Translations under genes and position numbers: made by a program
DNA from: Cyanobacteriota bacterium
Lineage (GTDB): Bacteria; Cyanobacteriota; Cyanobacteriia; PCC-6307; Cyanobiaceae
Reading direction: 5' to 3'
Length of the DNA: 64,000 bases
Assembly (NCBI GenBank): GCA_046052125.1
Contig: JBJOMY010000004.1
Location: forward strand, 279,187 to 343,186
Notes under the pieces: generated by a model
What the model was told of the DNA's origin: nothing
Seen by the model: only the letters and a program-made list of their open reading frames with translations
Databases searched by the model: none
In this document: one piece after another, positions 38,049 through 47,530 of the stretch
Layout of the letters: every line of letters starts with the position of its first letter
Position numbering within the stretch: position 1 is the first letter of the stretch

Positions 38049-39101
38049 ATGACGACCCAGGAGCTGGTGCAGGCCTATTACGGCCAGGAGCTGCAGAGCA
38101 GCGCCGATCTCAAAACCAGCGCCTGCTGCGATGCCGATGCGGTGCCTGGCTGGCTGAAGCCGTTGCTGGCCCGGGTGCACCCGGAGGTGAGCAGCCGCTA
38201 CTACGGCTGCGGGCTGGTGTGCCCGCCGTTGTTGGAGGGCTGCCGGATCCTGGATCTGGGCAGTGGCAGCGGTCGCGATGTGTATCTGCTGGCGCAACTG
38301 GTGGGATCCAGCGGTGAGGTGGTGGGGGTGGATATGACCCCGGAACAACTCGAGGTGGCGCGCCGGCACCAGGCGTTTCATGCCGAGCAGTTTGGCTTCG
38401 CCAATGTGCGCTTCCTCGAGGGGCAGATCGAAGCGCTGGAAGCCTTGGATCTCGAGCCCGCCAGCTTCGATGTGATCGTGAGCAACTGCGTGCTCAACCT
38501 CTCCACCGATAAGCCGGCGGTGCTGCGCGGGGCGCAGCGGCTGTTGAAGCCGGGTGGTGAGTTCTATTTCTCCGATGTGTACGCCGATCGGCGGCTACCG
38601 GAGGCCGTGCAGAGCCATCCGGTGCTCTACGGCGAATGCCTCGGCGGGGCGCTCTACTGGAACGACTTCCTGCGCATGGCCCGCGCTGCCGGCTTCGCCG
38701 ATCCCCGGCTGGTGAGCGACCGCCCTCTCGAGATCACGGAGCCACAGCTGGCCGCTCTGGTGGGTGAAGCGCGCTTCTATTCCGCCACCTATCGCCTGTT
38801 CAATATTCCTGAATTGGAAGATGCCTGCGAAGACCACGGCCAGGCTGTGATCTACCGCGGCTCGATCCCAGAGGCCCCCACCCGTTTGGAGTTCGACAAG
38901 CACCACAGCATCGAAGCGGGGCGCGTGTTTCCGGTGTGTGGCAACACCTATCGGATGTTCCAACAAACACGCTTTGCAGCGCACTTTGAGTTCATCGGCG
39001 GCTTTGATCAGCACTACGGCTTGTTTGAAGGCTGCGGCAGTGCGATTCCGTTTGATGCCACGACTGCTTCCGCTGCCTCAGCACCAGCGAGTTGCTGTTG
39101 A
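38049..39101 (+). CDS. arsM: Arsenite S-adenosylmethionine methyltransferase
   Basis: 'LKTSACC', 'YYGCG', 'LDLGSGSGRD', 'SNCV', 'GECLGGA', terminal CC. Confidence 0.85.
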   Translation: MTTQELVQAYYGQELQSSADLKTSACCDADAVPGWLKPLLARVHPEVSSRYYGCGLVCPPLLEGCRILDLGSGSGRDVYLLAQLVGSSGEVVGVDMTPEQLEVARRHQAFHAEQFGFANVRFLEGQIEALEALDLEPASFDVIVSNCVLNLSTDKPAVLRGAQRLLKPGGEFYFSDVYADRRLPEAVQSHPVLYGECLGGALYWNDFLRMARAAGFADPRLVSDRPLEITEPQLAALVGEARFYSATYRLFNIPELEDACEDHGQAVIYRGSIPEAPTRLEFDKHHSIEAGRVFPVCGNTYRMFQQTRFAAHFEFIGGFDQHYGLFEGCGSAIPFDATTASAASAPASCC

Positions 39102-39115
39102 TGAACGGGTGAGAT

Positions 39116-39271
39116 TCAGCCGAAGAACCCTTTGCTGTTGAGCCACAGCCCCAGGGCCGCCATCGGCACGAACACTGTGGCGGCGATTTGAATTTTGATC
39201 TTTAGCCCCGAGGGTCTGTCGTCTGGGATCGGAGCCGATGGGGCCTTGGCTTTCGATTTGGATTTGGCCAT
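39116..39271 (-). CDS. Small tail-anchored membrane protein (51 aa)
   Basis: MAKSKSKAK..IAATVFVPMAALGLWLNSKGFFG, read by hand. Confidence 0.5.
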   Translation of the reverse strand: MAKSKSKAKAPSAPIPDDRPSGLKIKIQIAATVFVPMAALGLWLNSKGFFG

Positions 39272-39304
39272 GCGTTGCAGTGAAGGGAAGGATGGGATCG
39301 GGGT

Positions 39305-39952
39305 TCAGCGGTGCTCGATCAGATCGCTCGCTGAGTAGCGCACCTTGGCGAGGCTGGCGTACTTGTCGTCGGTGCTGCGATAGCCACAGGCGCACACCAC
39401 GCAGCTTTGGTAGTCGCTGTTCTCGAGCCCCAGGATGCGGTCGTAGTCCGCAGGGCTGAAGCCTTCGATGGCGCAGGTGTCGACCCCCAGCAGAGCGGCG
39501 CTGGTGAGCAGGTTGCCCAGGGCGATGTACACCTGATTGCCAGCCCACTGCCCGATGAGTTGGCTGCGGGGGCCATCGATCAGATCCACCTGGATCATCT
39601 GCCTGTAGCCATCGAGCACATTTGCTTCGATGCCGCGAGTGGTGGCGATGCTGTGGATCAGGCGGTCGGCATCGGCGGCGGTGATCGTGCGTTTCTTCAG
39701 CAGCACCACCAGATGGGAGCAGTCGGTGATCTGGCTTTGGTTCCAGGAGTGGGGCCGCAGTTCCGATCGGATCGCCGCATCGGTGATCACCAGAAACTTC
39801 CAGGGCTGCAGGCCGTAGCTCGAGGCGGTGAGCACCAGGGATTGTTCAAGCGCCCCCCAGGTGGCGGCATCGATCTGGCGGCTGGCATCGAAGGCCTTGG
39901 TGGCGTAGCGCCATTCGAGTGCCTTGAGCAGCGTGTCGGAGCTGGCGAACAT
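39305..39952 (-). CDS. Nitroreductase (NfsB-like)
   Basis: 'WRYATKAFD', 'SSYGLQPW', 'GVDTCAIEGF'. Confidence 0.9.
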   Translation of the reverse strand: MFASSDTLLKALEWRYATKAFDASRQIDAATWGALEQSLVLTASSYGLQPWKFLVITDAAIRSELRPHSWNQSQITDCSHLVVLLKKRTITAADADRLIHSIATTRGIEANVLDGYRQMIQVDLIDGPRSQLIGQWAGNQVYIALGNLLTSAALLGVDTCAIEGFSPADYDRILGLENSDYQSCVVCACGYRSTDDKYASLAKVRYSASDLIEHR

Positions 39953-40155
39953 TCCGGGATCGGGCCCATGGCGGTCTGAACGGCATTCTCTGCCTTGGCA
40001 GGCCCCGAACGCGAAAAACCCCGGCTTGCGCCGGGGCGGGGGGTGTGAGGAATGGTGCAGTTCTGTGAGCTGCCCATTGCCGCCGGCTTGGAGCAGTGGG
40101 GCGCTGGTGGCCGCGCCCCCACCTCGGCGGTACTCCATCCCTAGCAACGCTTTCG

Positions 40156-40629
40156 CTACTGCGCCACAACCAGCGTTGCGGTTCCGCTGCGCTGTACCAG
40201 CTCGGCCAGGGTGCGCATGTCGTGGGGGCGGATCAGGCCGATGCAGCCGGAGGTGCCGCTGTTCCAGTTGCGGCCGGCGCTCGGGTCGAGGTGAATGCCC
40301 AGCACCCGCCGCCCGGTCTGGAATTGCGGTTCGATGCCGATCCAGATCGGCCCCAATTCCCGCGGACCATTCACCCCCAACGGTTCGATCGCACCAATCC
40401 GGTAGAGCCCCACAGGCAGCGGTGCTTCGCTGCCCATTTGATGGCGATTGGCGAGCTGCCGGTCGGCCCGGCCACTCACCGCCTCGAAATGGCGCACGGG
40501 TTCCCCTGGGATGTCGAGCCTGAGATCCCAGATCGGATCACCCGTTCGCTCCAGCCGGCGCGTGGTGCGCTCCAGCGTGAGCACAGGCGTGGCTTGCAGC
40601 GCGGCCGCCAGCAGCAGGGGCACAGCCAT
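40156..40629 (-). CDS. L,D-transpeptidase (YkuD) family protein
   Basis: 'LGIHLD..GTSGCI' His/Cys motif. Confidence 0.7.
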   Translation of the reverse strand: MAVPLLLAAALQATPVLTLERTTRRLERTGDPIWDLRLDIPGEPVRHFEAVSGRADRQLANRHQMGSEAPLPVGLYRIGAIEPLGVNGPRELGPIWIGIEPQFQTGRRVLGIHLDPSAGRNWNSGTSGCIGLIRPHDMRTLAELVQRSGTATLVVAQ

Positions 40630-40732
40630 CGGTTGTCAGCAGCTGGGGCTGAAGACAACTACGTGGCTTTCTTTTCTGCTGGGGGATCGAAATCCGGTTG
40701 CACGGCTGGCACTGCTGCCAGGCCTGGTGAAC

Positions 40733-41074
40733 TCAGAAGCCGAACGGCAGGCAGGCCTGCTGCACATCCGCCACGGATGCCATCAGCTCAGTTGGCAGGG
40801 CATCGCGCATCGGCAGTAGCCGCATCATCTCGGCCAGTTCACCGATTTCTTCCTTACACAGGTGGGAGCTCCCTGCATAGGAGGGATTGTTTTGCAGGGC
40901 CTTCACGAGATCTGATGCTTGGCGGCACGCCTGAGCGCTGCTGCTTTGGATGCAGGCCTGCATTCCGGTTTCGAGGCTCCAGAGGGCCTGGCCCGCGGCG
41001 GCTGCCGGGCCGTTGAAGCCCGCCATCAGACCGGTGAGGCTGGCGAGGGCGCAGGGCAGGGAACGCTTGAACAT
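40733..41074 (-). CDS. Hypothetical secreted Cys-containing protein
   Basis: Signal peptide, 4 Cys in the mature part. Confidence 0.55.
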   Translation of the reverse strand: MFKRSLPCALASLTGLMAGFNGPAAAAGQALWSLETGMQACIQSSSAQACRQASDLVKALQNNPSYAGSSHLCKEEIGELAEMMRLLPMRDALPTELMASVADVQQACLPFGF

Positions 41075-41162
41075 CAAGGAGCTGCTGTCGCCTCTGATTG
41101 TGGCGCCGCTGCAGACAACACTCCAGGTTCTCGGCAGCCTGGATCCAGCCTTTGGAGCGGCG

Positions 41163-41846
41163 ATGGCTGTGGATCAGAGCATGCTTGCGCACATGATGCC
41201 CAACAGCTTTCAGCACTATCTGCTGGGCATCTTTGCTGTGGCCAACAACATTCCGGCGTTGGGGCCCTTCCTGGAGCTCACCACGCCCCTACCCCGCAGC
41301 CAGTCGCGCCATGTGATCCAGGTGGCTACAGCCACCAGCTTCGTGATCATGCTCTGCACCTTCTTTCTGGGCACGATCGTGTTGCGCTTCTTCGGGATCA
41401 GCGTGAGCGCGTTTCAGATTGCTGGCGGTTTGCTGCTCGGGGCCAGTGGCTTGAGCATGTTGCATTCGGGCGATCAGCGCGGTGCCAGCGAGAAGCAGCT
41501 CAACACCACGGGTGTGAATCTCGGACAGATCACCTCCACCGCCGTGGTGCCGATCTCACTGCCCCTCACTACGGGTGCCGGCACGATGTCCACCATCACT
41601 GTGTATGCCGATGCGGTGAATTCATCGCTGCAGCGGCTGGAGCTTCTGGCGGCGATTCTCGTGATGGTGGTGCTGATCGGTTTGATGTTCAGCTTCGCCG
41701 CCAGGCTCACCGATTGGCTTGGCGCTGTGGGGATGACGGTGTTGATCAAGGTGATGGGGATGTTCACCCTGGCGATCGGGATTCAGTTCATCGTGACTGG
41801 CGTGAGCACGATCCTTGAACACATTCCGCTCAACAGCACGGTTTAA
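41163..41846 (+). CDS. MarC family membrane protein
   Basis: 'FGISVSAFQIAGG', 'VPISLPLTTGAG'. Confidence 0.88.
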   Translation: MAVDQSMLAHMMPNSFQHYLLGIFAVANNIPALGPFLELTTPLPRSQSRHVIQVATATSFVIMLCTFFLGTIVLRFFGISVSAFQIAGGLLLGASGLSMLHSGDQRGASEKQLNTTGVNLGQITSTAVVPISLPLTTGAGTMSTITVYADAVNSSLQRLELLAAILVMVVLIGLMFSFAARLTDWLGAVGMTVLIKVMGMFTLAIGIQFIVTGVSTILEHIPLNSTV

Positions 41847-41871
41847 TTGCGGCGGATCGCAGCCGATCGCT

Positions 41872-42954
41872 TCAGTGGGCGGCTCGCCCCAACACCAGTA
41901 AACAGAGCATGCCAGCAATTGAGCACAGCTGATAGGTAAGATCCACACGGTTGATGCGGGCCATCACCGCGGTGTGCTCTTCACTGGAGGGGCGGCTGAA
42001 CAGGTTGGTACTCCACACAAACAGGCAGAACTCCGCCGTGGCCACCAGATAGCCGAACAGATAGAGCTTGTCGAGATAGGTGAGGTAGTCGAGTGGGGGG
42101 AGCTTGCTGTGGGCGCCCTCCTGTAGAAACACCAAGGTGAGCAGAGCGGTTGAGGGGATCGCCAGGCGCAGGTCGTTGAGGTTGCCTTCGAGGTTGGGTG
42201 CCAGCAACAAAATCACCATTACCGCCATCCAAGGCAGCACAAAGCGATAGAACGATGCCCAGCCATTGGTGTGATAGAGCACCTCGAAGGTGGCTTGGCT
42301 GAATTCACCCGCCTTGCTGGAGTCCTCCTCGCCGAAGCTGGTTTGGTACACGTGAATCGCACTCGTGCTCTTGGATCCTTCCAGCGTGTAACCGTTGAGA
42401 TTCACTGAGTCGCCCTGGAGTTCTGTGGCGTTGAGCTTGGGAACCAGCACCACAGCTTGATCACCCATTGAGAACTCGGAGGGCCTCAGTTCCACCGTGA
42501 TCGGCAGTTCCAGGTTTTCGAAGGGGAAGGTCCTCAGGTTCTGGAGATCGTCGTAGAACTTGGCGGAGAATCGAAACAGCTGTAGATAACGACCGCCTTC
42601 CAATCGCTTCGGCTCAATGCTGTCCAGCTCCAGCTTGGCGTCGTAGCTCTCTACTTGGTTCACCAGCTCCACCAACTGGCTGATCGGAATCCGATCGGTG
42701 TCAATCTGTTGTTGGATGCTTTCAGGCCACTTCAGCCAAAACCAGCCGTCGGCGTTGAAGGTTTTGTCCTTGAGCGAAAGGTTGTAGATGTTTTTGATAT
42801 GCATCCCCACCTCGATGCGGCGATCGAAGGGTGCGACCGGTGCCGGCTTGAGTTGGGCCCCGTGCTGCGCGTCGCTTCCCAGGAAGGTGATGCTGAAGAT
42901 CAGCACCACCACCAAGCTGATCAGGCCGGCCATCCACGAGCGCTTCAGCTTCAT
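41872..42954 (-). CDS. Pentameric ligand-gated ion channel (GLIC/ELIC-like)
   Basis: Pro-loop 'LRTFPFE', M1 'FVLP', M2 'STALLTLV', M2-M3 'LPPLDYLTYLD'. Confidence 0.75.
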   Translation of the reverse strand: MKLKRSWMAGLISLVVVLIFSITFLGSDAQHGAQLKPAPVAPFDRRIEVGMHIKNIYNLSLKDKTFNADGWFWLKWPESIQQQIDTDRIPISQLVELVNQVESYDAKLELDSIEPKRLEGGRYLQLFRFSAKFYDDLQNLRTFPFENLELPITVELRPSEFSMGDQAVVLVPKLNATELQGDSVNLNGYTLEGSKSTSAIHVYQTSFGEEDSSKAGEFSQATFEVLYHTNGWASFYRFVLPWMAVMVILLLAPNLEGNLNDLRLAIPSTALLTLVFLQEGAHSKLPPLDYLTYLDKLYLFGYLVATAEFCLFVWSTNLFSRPSSEEHTAVMARINRVDLTYQLCSIAGMLCLLVLGRAAH

Positions 42955-43070
42955 CGCGCCGCCTGAGTGTTCACTGGCGCTCAGGCTACGGGCGGTACTG
43001 ATGTGCTGACACAGGCGCTTCCCGGCAGCCGCCTGCGGCGACCATTACCGCATGTAAACCGGATGACGGC

Positions 43071-44069
43071 ATGACCGAGGCGAAGCGACCGCTGGGCTGG
43101 CTCAAAAAGCTGGTGCCCTCTGCCTTGCGTTCCAAGTCGTCCGAGGCTGCCGGATCCTCTGCGCCCGCGGCTGCTTCGGGAGCAGTTTCTGGCTCCGACC
43201 TATCGCATGCGGCCACCCAGGTGGTGTTCCTGCCTCGCGATCCCCAGTGGGCCTACTGTTTCTGGACGATCAGCGACGACGATCGCACTAAGGCCCGTTT
43301 GGCCGGTGCCACTAGCCTCTGCCTGCGCGTGGCGGACGTGACTGGCCTCGGTGCTGATCAGTCGTACCCCCACGCCATGCAGGAACTGGTGGTGGATAAC
43401 CACGCCAGTGAGTGGTTCCTGCCCGTGCCGGTGGATGGCCGCGATTACCGCGTGGAGCTGGGCTTCCGGCTGCGCAATGGCGGTTGGTATTCCCTGGCCT
43501 TCTCAGCGGTGGCGCAGGTGCCGGCCCTGGAGCCCAGCCAACGGGTGGCTGACGCTTTCATTCCCTTCAGCCTGGATCAACCCCTGCAGATTGGGGCTGC
43601 CGAGGTGAGCAGCAGCGGTGGCGTGCAGCACGAGCAGGTGTATCAGATCGCCACGGCCGCCAGCGTTCGCAGCCGCCGCGTGGGCTCTGAACTCCTGCAC
43701 GAGTTCGAGGGCGATCGCAGCAGCGGTCTCAACGATTCCGGCGCCGGCCTCTGGGCCAGCGGCCGCAGTGAATCCGGCAGCGGTTTGTTGCGGGAGCGCT
43801 CCTTCTGGCTGGTGGCCGATGCGGAATTGATCGTGTATGGCGCCACCGATCCGAGCGCCAGCCTGTTCATTGGCGATCAGCAGGTGGCACTCTCTTCGGA
43901 AGGCACCTTCCGGGTGCATGTGCCGTTCCGCGATGGCGAGCAGCTCTATCCGATCCGCGCCGTTGCCGCCGATGGGGAGCAGGAGCGCTCGATCCGCCTG
44001 GAGTTTGAGCGCCGCACCCCCGAAGCTCGGGTGAACCGCCGCGAGGATGCCGTGGCTGAGTGGTTCTGA
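43071..44069 (+). CDS. DUF4912-domain protein
   Basis: 'LPRDPQWAYCFW', 'FWLVADAELIVYGAT', 'FRDGEQ'. Confidence 0.8.
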   Translation: MTEAKRPLGWLKKLVPSALRSKSSEAAGSSAPAAASGAVSGSDLSHAATQVVFLPRDPQWAYCFWTISDDDRTKARLAGATSLCLRVADVTGLGADQSYPHAMQELVVDNHASEWFLPVPVDGRDYRVELGFRLRNGGWYSLAFSAVAQVPALEPSQRVADAFIPFSLDQPLQIGAAEVSSSGGVQHEQVYQIATAASVRSRRVGSELLHEFEGDRSSGLNDSGAGLWASGRSESGSGLLRERSFWLVADAELIVYGATDPSASLFIGDQQVALSSEGTFRVHVPFRDGEQLYPIRAVAADGEQERSIRLEFERRTPEARVNRREDAVAEWF

Positions 44070-44073
44070 ATTT

Positions 44074-44838
44074 TCAGTTCACTTCCACAGCCTGGGGGAT
44101 GCGCTGGAACATGTAGCCCATCCCCCGGGCCGTGAGGATCAGTTCAGGATTTTCGGGGTCGTGTTCGAGCTTGGCCCGCAGCCGTGAGATGTGTACATCC
44201 ACCACGCGGCTGTCGGAGGAGCGCTCTGGCTTGTAGCCCCAAACCTTCTCGAGCATGTCGAGTCGGCTGATCGGTTCGCCGGAGCGGCCGATCAGCAGTT
44301 CGAGCAGGTTGAATTCCATGCCGGTGAGGCGGATCCGCTCATCGCCGCGGAAGGCCTGCCGGCGGTTGAAGTCGACGCTGAGATCGCCCACCACCACCAC
44401 GTGGGAGGCCCGCCCGCCGGCGATGCTGCCGGGCCCTTGGCTGGAGCCGGCCCGGCGCATCACGCAGCGGATCCGGGCTTCGAGCTCCTTGGGGCTGAAC
44501 GGTTTCACCATGTAGTCGTCGGCACCGAGTTGCAGCCCGGTGATCCGATCGGCCACATCGCCCAGGGCGGTGAGCAGGATGATCGGCACTTCCGACTGGG
44601 CCCGGATCCGCTCCACCACAGCGAAGCCATCCAGCTCGGGCATCATCACGTCGAGCACCACCAGGTCGGGCTCGAAGCCGCGGAACAGCTCGAGGGCTTC
44701 GGCGCCGTTTTGGGCCATCACCACCTCGTGGCCCTGCATGGCCAGGCGGGTTTCGAGGATACGGCGGATGTTGGCCTCGTCGTCGGCCACCAGGATCTTG
44801 AGCCCTTCGTTGCGGGGCTGTTCGGTTGCCTGGGTCAT
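44074..44838 (-). CDS. OmpR-family response regulator, RpaB paralogue (SrrA-like)
   Basis: 'IRRILETRL', 'ALGDVADRITGL', 'VVDVHISRLRAKLE.DPENPELILTARG'. Confidence 0.85.
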   Translation of the reverse strand: MTQATEQPRNEGLKILVADDEANIRRILETRLAMQGHEVVMAQNGAEALELFRGFEPDLVVLDVMMPELDGFAVVERIRAQSEVPIILLTALGDVADRITGLQLGADDYMVKPFSPKELEARIRCVMRRAGSSQGPGSIAGGRASHVVVVGDLSVDFNRRQAFRGDERIRLTGMEFNLLELLIGRSGEPISRLDMLEKVWGYKPERSSDSRVVDVHISRLRAKLEHDPENPELILTARGMGYMFQRIPQAVEVN

Positions 44839-45013
44839 CGCACGACGCTCACATCTATTGGCAGTTTCATCGCTGAGACAGCTCCTGCAGGGCGTTCTGC
44901 GTGAGTTTTGGGGCGACTGTTACAAGCCTGGCGGGAACGGTTAACCGTCATCTGGCGCACTAGCCATGGCCATGGAAACCGCTCAGAATCAAGCCGGAGC
45001 CAAGGAGATAAGG

Positions 45014-45268
45014 ATGCGTGAGGTTCTGTTTGAGGTGTTGAGCGATGAGGCTGGTCGCCTGGAGGCCGTCGCGGATCAGCAGCAGCTGCGCATCCGTGCG
45101 TCCAACCTTGAAGAGCTGCAGCACGAAGCTCGCGAAGCCTTGATGGCTCACTTCGGCCCATCCCATGTGGCCTATCGCATTCGGCTGAGGCGCCCTGTTC
45201 GCCATCAGATGTCAGGGTCTTTTGCGAGAGGTTGCACAGCTGCTGCCTCGGCTGTTCAGCAGTGCTAA
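45014..45268 (+). CDS. HicB-like small protein
   Basis: 'EVLFEV..A.NLEEL...REAL..HF' pattern. Confidence 0.5.
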   Translation: MREVLFEVLSDEAGRLEAVADQQQLRIRASNLEELQHEAREALMAHFGPSHVAYRIRLRRPVRHQMSGSFARGCTAAASAVQQC

Positions 45269-45295
45269 GAACCGTACGACTCTGACGCACAGGTC

Positions 45296-45415
45296 ATGGA
45301 TTACCTGCTGTTTGCTTCGGCTGTTGCACCCAAAGGACTGCCGGTGATTCTTCCGGCTCTCGCCGGCGCCGGGATTCTGATCTTCCTCTCGCAGCTTTTT
45401 GTTCCCAAGACCTGA
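45296..45415 (+). CDS. Small hydrophobic protein (39 aa)
   Basis: MDYLLFASAVAPKGLPVILPALAGAGILIFLSQLFVPKT, followed by a terminator. Confidence 0.45.
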   Translation: MDYLLFASAVAPKGLPVILPALAGAGILIFLSQLFVPKT

Positions 45416-45422
45416 AGCGGCC

Positions 45423-45450
45423 AGCCCCGCCATTGGCGGGGCTTTGTTGT
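45423..45450 (+). terminator. Intrinsic terminator
   Basis: AGCCCCGCC-ATT-GGCGGGGCT + TTGTTGT. Confidence 0.7.
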
Positions 45451-45453
45451 CGA

Positions 45454-45891
45454 TCAGGCCACGAATCGCTTGTAGAGCCAGCGCACGAAACCACCGATCA
45501 CAGGCACGGGCGCGAAGGTGGGCCCCACAAAATCAAAGTAATCGCGATGATCAACGATCTTTCCCTCGTCGTTGAACAGCAACCGTGAGGATCCGGGGTA
45601 GAGGAATTCGATCCCCTTGATCTTCAGGCCCATCTCCCACTCCACGAAGGCGGTGTTTCCGTCGGTGGCGATCGCCAGTGGTTTGAGCTGCACGTCGTCG
45701 CAGCGGCGCAGCAAGCCTTCCTGCGCTGCCAGGTAGGCATCCAGACCCTGTTTTTTCTGAGTGGGGTCTTCGAACACCACGTTGTCGCTGTAGGCAGCGC
45801 GCCATTGGGCCTCACTCGGCGCTGGAGCTCCGTAGGGCTTGGTGAAGAGGGCGCGCAGGCTGGAGGTGTCCACAGGGATGGGCGGTGGCAT
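45454..45891 (-). CDS. NTF2/SnoaL-like protein
   Basis: 'YSDNVVFEDP', 'HRDYFD'. Confidence 0.85.
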   Translation of the reverse strand: MPPPIPVDTSSLRALFTKPYGAPAPSEAQWRAAYSDNVVFEDPTQKKQGLDAYLAAQEGLLRRCDDVQLKPLAIATDGNTAFVEWEMGLKIKGIEFLYPGSSRLLFNDEGKIVDHRDYFDFVGPTFAPVPVIGGFVRWLYKRFVA

Positions 45892-45952
45892 TCATTGTGG
45901 CCATCGCTCCGGCTTGGTTGCCAATAGCCTGTGGAGCCCTTGGTTGTGTGGC

Positions 45953-46168
45953 GTGCCCAAACAGGACTACATCTATGAGCCCCTGGAAGCGTTCGGTGAA
46001 GGGCTCACCACCCGCCGGCCCTGGAACACCACGGCGCTTGCGGGAGTGGAGCGACTGAACGGTCGGGTGGCGATGCTTGGTTTCGCTGCGGCGTTGTTGG
46101 GCGAATGGATCACCGGCCATGGACCTGCTGGCCAGATCGTGGCCTTGCTGCGCTGGTATCTCTCCTAA
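45953..46168 (+). CDS. hli: High-light inducible protein
   Basis: 'ERLNGRVAMLGF'. Confidence 0.9.
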   Translation: MPKQDYIYEPLEAFGEGLTTRRPWNTTALAGVERLNGRVAMLGFAAALLGEWITGHGPAGQIVALLRWYLS

Positions 46169-46173
46169 ACAGC

Positions 46174-46202
46174 AAAAAGCCCCAGGCCAGTGGCCTGGGG
46201 CT
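46174..46202 (-). terminator. Intrinsic terminator between convergent hli genes
   Basis: AAAAA + GCCCCAGGCC-AGT-GGCCTGGGGC. Confidence 0.75.
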
Positions 46203-46229
46203 CAAACTCGCGGGCGCAACGCCGAGGCT

Positions 46230-46466
46230 TCAGAAGCAGAACGGCAGGAACTGGGTGCGGCATGCGGCGTAGCCGTCCACCAGGGCACCGAGGCCGATCT
46301 GGTGAGCAATCCCGGCGCCGGTGAGGCCCTCAGTGATGATGCCGATCACAATGCCGAGCATCGCTGCGCGGCCGTTGAAGAGCTCGACGCGCTTCAACTG
46401 CTCCATGTGGATCTGCTCGCTAGCGCGATCCTGATACCACTTGTCGTTGGCGGGAGAGTTGGTCAT
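46230..46466 (-). CDS. hli: High-light inducible protein
   Basis: 'ELFNGRAAMLG'. Confidence 0.9.
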   Translation of the reverse strand: MTNSPANDKWYQDRASEQIHMEQLKRVELFNGRAAMLGIVIGIITEGLTGAGIAHQIGLGALVDGYAACRTQFLPFCF

Positions 46467-46470
46467 GGCT

Positions 46471-46614
46471 TCAGCCGAGACCGATCTGGGAGAGGATGCC
46501 CTGGCCGGTGAGGAGCTCGGTGCCGAGGCCGATCACGAAGCCGAGCATGGCGAGGCGGCCATTCCAGGTTTCGGCGAAGCCGACAAAACCGAAGCGGGAG
46601 GTGGAGTCGGACAT
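46471..46614 (-). CDS. hli: High-light inducible protein (47 aa, missing from the ORF track)
   Basis: MSDSTSRFGFVGFAETWNGRLAMLGFVIGLGTELLTGQGILSQIGLG. Confidence 0.92.
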   Translation of the reverse strand: MSDSTSRFGFVGFAETWNGRLAMLGFVIGLGTELLTGQGILSQIGLG

Positions 46615-46619
46615 GAGAC

Positions 46620-46645
46620 GTTACGGAACGTTGCACGATCGTAAC
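46620..46645. promoter_or_regulatory. HLR1-like (RpaB/SrrA) element upstream of the hli pair
   Basis: GTTAC..GTTGC direct repeat at 10-bp spacing inside GTTACG..CGTAAC. Confidence 0.4.
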
Positions 46646-46731
46646 GGATGGTGAAGGAATTTGGGTGAGGCGATGCGGATTCGCTGCGGGCGAGGCGTTC
46701 AATCCCGGTGGTTGCCGCTGAGAATGCCGTG

Positions 46732-46860
46732 ATGGACAACCGTCTCCCGCTTTCCGTTCTCTTCTCTTTATTGGTTGTGGCCGTGTTGCCTGTGGCGATC
46801 GGCCTTTACTGGCGCGGCCACATGGATCTGGGCGCCGTGCTGAGCCACCTGGGCTCTTAA
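46732..46860 (+). CDS. Small single-TM protein (42 aa)
   Basis: MDNRLPLSVLFSLLVVAVLPVAIGLYWRG.., read by hand. Confidence 0.45.
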   Translation: MDNRLPLSVLFSLLVVAVLPVAIGLYWRGHMDLGAVLSHLGS

Positions 46861-47072
46861 GGCGGATCAACCGGCGTGGGCCCCAGCGCCTTGATGGCGG
46901 TCGTGAGGCCAAAGCCCACCTCTACCGGGAGGGTGCCATCGGCGCGAAGCACCTCTGGTGACTCCTGAAGCCTGGCCATCAGCTGCGCCCGCTGCTCAGG
47001 GGTGAGTTGGAGCAATTCCGCCCGAGCTTTGGGGTCAATGCAGCCCAGCCGTGCCTTCGCCAGATCGGCCAT
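46857..47072 (-). CDS. Hypothetical protein
   Basis: 71-aa ORF. Confidence 0.45.
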   Translation of the reverse strand: MADLAKARLGCIDPKARAELLQLTPEQRAQLMARLQESPEVLRADGTLPVEVGFGLTTAIKALGPTPVDPP

Positions 47073-47185
47073 GGTGATGTCGGTGCGCACCAGAGGTGGT
47101 GGTTGGCGTGAGGCTAGGCGCTGCACATGGTGTTGGCAGCGCCTTGTTCATCCGTTGAGAGAGTTCGAGCGCTTGGCTTGCGCGA

Positions 47186-47530
47186 TCACTGGTTCTTCAC
47201 GAACTCGGTGATGTTGCCTTTGCCGTCGGTGTTGCAGTAGCCGTTGTGCTTTTTGAACTGCCAGTTGAAGCTCAGGCCGTTTTTGTTGATGTCCTTCAGG
47301 GTGATCTGGCCGGCATCAATGGATTCCCGAAGCGTTGCGCCCACTTCCACGCTGATGTCAGCCATCACCGCTTTGGGGAACTTCACGGCCACCTCGTTTT
47401 TGCAAGCCTTCCCCCAGGCGCCGATGCGTGCCTCGATCTTGGCGTCGTCGTCGGCCAGGGCTGCGGTGGATGTGGTCAGGCCTGCGAGGGCCACCAAGCA
47501 GGTTGAAGCGAAGGCGTAGACAGGCTTCAT
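47186..47530 (-). CDS. Hypothetical secreted protein
   Basis: Signal 'AALA-DD', two Cys, 'GYCNTDGKG'. Confidence 0.65.
   Translation of the reverse strand: MKPVYAFASTCLVALAGLTTSTAALADDDAKIEARIGAWGKACKNEVAVKFPKAVMADISVEVGATLRESIDAGQITLKDINKNGLSFNWQFKKHNGYCNTDGKGNITEFVKNQ

Noticed and set aside
42994..43007. GGTACTGATGTGCT as a second LexA box
   Set aside because: Mismatched right half-site and no supporting promoter
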